Assembly (NCBI GenBank): GCA_000025185.1
Contig: CP001848.1
Location: 4,320,001 to 4,352,000, forward strand
Direction: 5' to 3'
From: Pirellula staleyi DSM 6068
Lineage (GTDB): Bacteria > Planctomycetota > Planctomycetia > Pirellulales > Pirellulaceae
Length of the DNA stretch: 32,000 nt
Shown: positions 29,120 through 32,000 of the stretch, in pieces
Position numbering within the stretch: position 1 is the stretch's first letter
Layout: each line of letters opens with the position of its first letter
Notes under the pieces: model-generated
What the model was told of the DNA's origin: nothing
The model's database searches: none
What the model saw: the letters and a program-made list of their open reading frames with translations, nothing else
Program-made: the position numbers and the translations under genes

Positions 29120-29161
29120 GGGGGTGACCTGCTACGGGGCGATGGATGGAGATGTGCCGCG

Positions 29162-29917
29162 TTACTTTTCGCGTGTAAATCGCAGGTGCTCGTCGCCGGA
29201 GCCGAACAGAGCGCGGCCATGTTTTTTGATCAGCGCGCGAAGCTCGGCCGAGGTCGCTTGGATTTGAACGATCCGCTTCGAGCGATCGGGCTCTGCGTTG
29301 GGATCGTCGGCAGGAGGGGGAGGCTGATGCACCGTACCCTTGAGATCTCCCTTCTGAATCGCCTCGACCACTTGATCGACATCGATCAAGAACCAGCGCA
29401 TCTGATTGGCTTCATCCTGCTCGATGCACCAGATGCTATAGCGGCTGAACGGTTTCAAATGGGCTTCGACATCCGACTTCGGAACCTCTTCGAGTTGCTT
29501 GGCAATCGCCGCGTCGCTCTTGGCCAGCGTCGTCGGGTCGACCAAAATCTGCGAAAACTCAGACTTCATCGGAAGCGTCAGGCAGGTCAAGTCGCCGATC
29601 TTACAGAAGGCGATAGTCAATTGCTCCACGCCCCCATCGTCTTTCAGGTTCTTGATGAGGTAGAGATTCTTTGCCTCGGGATGCTGCTTAATTTCGACGA
29701 ATTGCTTGTCGCTCGGCTCAGGGGTAGGCTCCTCGCCCGCGAGCGTGCGACGCTCGAGAACCGACCATTTTCCTGGCAGCTCAGGCATCTCGATCGAGTC
29801 GGCGGAGGTCGACAGCGGATAGCGCGACAGCGGCATATTGCAGCCGGAACAGAGTGCCACGAGCCCTAGCAAGGCGATGCAAGTTGCCGCCGGAGTACCA
29901 GCCCAAGTGCGGGACAT
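29162..29917 (-). CDS. Hypothetical lipoprotein / secreted protein
   Basis: ATG at 29915-29917 (complement), preceded by GGAGAGAGGA. N-terminus MSRTWAGTPAATCIALLGLVALCSGC has a lipobox-like LCSGC. No recognisable domain. Flanked on both sides by the REP-like repeats. Confidence 0.6.
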   Translation of the reverse strand: MSRTWAGTPAATCIALLGLVALCSGCNMPLSRYPLSTSADSIEMPELPGKWSVLERRTLAGEEPTPEPSDKQFVEIKQHPEAKNLYLIKNLKDDGGVEQLTIAFCKIGDLTCLTLPMKSEFSQILVDPTTLAKSDAAIAKQLEEVPKSDVEAHLKPFSRYSIWCIEQDEANQMRWFLIDVDQVVEAIQKGDLKGTVHQPPPPADDPNAEPDRSKRIVQIQATSAELRALIKKHGRALFGSGDEHLRFTREK

Positions 29918-30030
29918 ATTCGCGTTCCTCTCTCCACTCGCCGGAAATGTTCGGTCGATGCGTGCCAAGAGTTGATCCGGCGAGCCGAGCGTTTATTCCC
30001 GGCGAGGAATTGACGCGCTGCCGAAATCAC

Positions 30031-30231
30031 GTAGGTCAGATGCCCGGAGGGAATCTGACGGGAGCAGATTTTGCCAGCAGAAAACGCGTTGTAGATGCGA
30101 GGCCACGCAATCAGATCACGACATCTGGTACTAGAGACTTCAAGCGTCGACTCGCTGGCAGGAGAAGTGAAGCCGGTTTGAGAATTGCCGGATCAACTCC
30201 TGTCAGGTCCCTGAGAGGGGACCTGACCTAC
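30031..30231 (+). repeat. REP/REPIN-like structured repeat, copy 3 (201 bp)
   Basis: Same 5' module (loop nucleotide G) and core blocks. The 3' hairpin is GTCAGGTCCC-TGAGAG-GGGACCTGAC + CTAC: a different inner stem sequence with pairing retained. It is preceded by gctgccgaaatcac, as copy 2 is by gctgccgaaagcac. Confidence 0.85.
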
Positions 30232-30391
30232 TACTGAGGATTACATTAACCGATAGACGAAGTGCCACTAGTCCGTCTAGCGATCAATGTCATCCTAATT
30301 CGAGCCTCACACTGCTGGACAAGCCAGCAGTGCCACCCCGCTTTGCCTGACATTGATTGCCAGACGTCGTACTACGGGATTGCTTTCGCGG

Positions 30392-30438
30392 CAGGAGCGT
30401 GGCACACGGCATTTTTTGTCCGGTGGAACCGGACCTAC
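30392..30438 (+). repeat. Solo REP-like unit, second copy (hairpin GTCCGGT-GGA-ACCGGAC + CTAC)
   Basis: caggagcgtggcacacggcattttttGTCCGGTggaACCGGACCTAC. Followed by a tandem duplication of ctacaggtctga (30435-30446 and 30448-30459). Confidence 0.75.
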
Positions 30439-30498
30439 AGGTCTGATCTACAGGTCTGACCTGCGGGACGGCGGGGCATTGTAAAACCGGTGGAGTTT

Positions 30499-31923
30499 TT
30501 AGCTCAAAATGGGTTTGACGATGTGGCCGTGGACGTCGGTGAGGCGGAAGTCGCGACCTTGAGCGCGGAAGGTCATGCGCTCGTGATCGACACCAAGCAG
30601 ATGCAGCAGCGTGGCGTGCAGGTCGTGCACTTCGCAGATGTTGTCGACCGCATTGTAGCCCAGTTCATCGGTGGCACCGTAGGTGATGCCACCCTTGATG
30701 CCTCCGCCGCAGAGCCATGCCGAAAAGCCTTTGATATGGTGGTCGCGGCCATTGCCTTGCGCCATCGGCGTGCGACCGAATTCGCCCGTCCAGACGATGA
30801 GCGTATCTTTGAGCATGTCGCGCGCTTTGAGGTCGCGAATCAGCGCTGCACAAGGTCCGTCGATCTCTCCCACCGTTCCGGCGATCTGATCTTTCACGCC
30901 GCCATGATGGTCCCAGTCGCGATGATAGAGCTGAATGAAGCGGACGCCCCGTTCGGCCAAACGGCGCGCGAGGAGACAGTTGGCGGCGAACGTTCCATCG
31001 GCTCCCTTGGTGCCGTAGAGGTCGAGCACGTGCTGCGGCTCGTCCGACAGATCCATCAGTTGCGGCACACTCGTTTGCATCCGAAACGCTAGTTCGTACT
31101 GCGCAATGCGCGTGGCGATCTCGGGATCGTGCAGCGTGCTGTTGGCCTCTTCGTTCAGTTTGCGGACGGTGTCGACGACATCACTTTGCTGATCGAGCGT
31201 GACACCGGCGGGACGATTGACGTAGAGAACCGGATCCCCTTTGGAGCGAAGTTCTACCCCTTGAAACTTGCTCGGCAAAAACCCGCTGTGCCACTGCCGC
31301 GAGGCGATCGGCTGTCCCTGGCCATACTTGCCAGTGGAGGTGAGGACGACAAAGCCGGGGAGATTTTCGGTCTCGCACCCGAGGCCATACGTCAGCCACG
31401 AGCCCATCGCGGGTCGGCCGCTGATGGTGCTGCCGGTGTTCATGAAGGTGTGGGCCGGGTCGTGATTGATCGCCTGCGTTCGCAAGGAATTGACGATGCA
31501 AAGTTCGTCGGCCAATTCGCCGAGCTTGCTGAACAGCGTCGCCATTTGCTGGCCCGACTCGCCAAACTTTTTGAACGGATGCTGCGGCGCCAGGCACTTC
31601 AGCTGTTGCCCTTGCAGCTGCGCGATCGGCTGACCTTTGGTGAACGACTCGGGCATCGGCTGGCCACTCATTTCGGCCAATTTGGGCTTGTAGTCGAGCG
31701 TTTCGAGATGCGATGGGCCACCGGCCATCGTCAGAAAGATGATTCGCTTCGCACGCGGCGCGTGGTGCAGTTGTCCCAAGATGCCGGGGACAAAATGGTC
31801 GGCGCCATGCAGCGTGGAACTTGCCAGCAAAGAACCGAGCGCGACGCTGCCAATGCCAGTGGCGGTGCGTGAAAGGAAAGTGCGGCGCGACATCGCGGCG
31901 AGAAGCTGTGAAGTGAGTTGCAT
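30499..31923 (-). CDS. DUF1501 (sulfatase-like fold) protein with Tat signal, paralog of 20204..21652
   Basis: MSRRTFLSRTATGIGSVALGSLLA twin-arginine leader. IIFLTMAGGPSHLETLDYKP, GEFGRTP..GRDHHIKGF. Collinear with the first DUF1501 protein along its whole length. Confidence 0.9.
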   Translation of the reverse strand: MQLTSQLLAAMSRRTFLSRTATGIGSVALGSLLASSTLHGADHFVPGILGQLHHAPRAKRIIFLTMAGGPSHLETLDYKPKLAEMSGQPMPESFTKGQPIAQLQGQQLKCLAPQHPFKKFGESGQQMATLFSKLGELADELCIVNSLRTQAINHDPAHTFMNTGSTISGRPAMGSWLTYGLGCETENLPGFVVLTSTGKYGQGQPIASRQWHSGFLPSKFQGVELRSKGDPVLYVNRPAGVTLDQQSDVVDTVRKLNEEANSTLHDPEIATRIAQYELAFRMQTSVPQLMDLSDEPQHVLDLYGTKGADGTFAANCLLARRLAERGVRFIQLYHRDWDHHGGVKDQIAGTVGEIDGPCAALIRDLKARDMLKDTLIVWTGEFGRTPMAQGNGRDHHIKGFSAWLCGGGIKGGITYGATDELGYNAVDNICEVHDLHATLLHLLGVDHERMTFRAQGRDFRLTDVHGHIVKPILS

Positions 31924-32000
31924 CGGAATATCTCTAGCGAATGGTTGTGCGGAGGGAATCGCTCGTGGCGCTACAGGGTTAGTTGCGGGTGATACCTTCG

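Noticed and set aside
28612-30459. ORFs across the repeats (28612..28965, 29854..30237, 30262..30459), which share a peptide such as VGQMP.GNLTG...RDFKRRL.GRRSE.GLRI.
   Set aside because: Differences between copies 1 and 3 fall evenly on codon positions 1, 2 and 3, with no synonymous bias. Copy 2 carries stops in that frame. The conservation is explained by hairpins and inverted repeats, so the elements are non-coding.
31979-32000. A possible 3' end of a minus-strand gene (..EGITRN-stop, TAA at 31979-31981), which would be the DUF1553 partner of the second DUF1501 gene.
   Set aside because: Only seven codons are visible and no motif can be assessed. It is plausible from the usual gene pairing but cannot be supported from this window.

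Overview
The window is moderately GC-rich and looks like chromosome from a Planctomycetota (Pirellulales-like) organism. The taxon guess rests on two DUF1501 genes, one paired with a PSCyt1/DUF1549/DUF1553 gene, and on weak or absent Shine-Dalgarno sites. Left to right it contains: a partial NanA/DapA-family aldolase; a Cache-sensor Ser/Thr kinase; a secreted choloylglycine-hydrolase-family Ntn hydrolase; an eight-gene chemosensory operon (REC protein, CheA, CheW, MCP, CheY, CheB, CheR, CheX-like); tRNA-Lys(CTT); a secreted hypothetical; a GT2 glycosyltransferase; the PSCyt/DUF1553 + DUF1501 pair; RNase D; a BtpA-family protein; a SpoU/TrmH methyltransferase; an SMR (SugE/Gdx-like) exporter; an ExeA-like AAA ATPase plus a CxxC helical-repeat membrane protein; RsmE; a small lipoprotein gene; and a second DUF1501 gene. 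Two observations stand out. (1) The whole che operon (about 10 kb) lies between the intact tRNA-Lys and an exact 52-bp direct repeat of the tRNA 3' half. That is an attL/attR-like integration scar, yet no integrase or other mobility gene is present, and a shared 14-mer and 10-mer sit just inside both ends. (2) A cluster of structured repeats of about 200 bp at 28.6-30.5 kb is built from GTAG-headed hairpins in inverted orientation (REP/REPIN-like). Hairpin pairing is maintained by compensatory changes, and the repeats bracket the lipoprotein gene. Many long ORFs in the supplied track are antisense shadow ORFs and were rejected.
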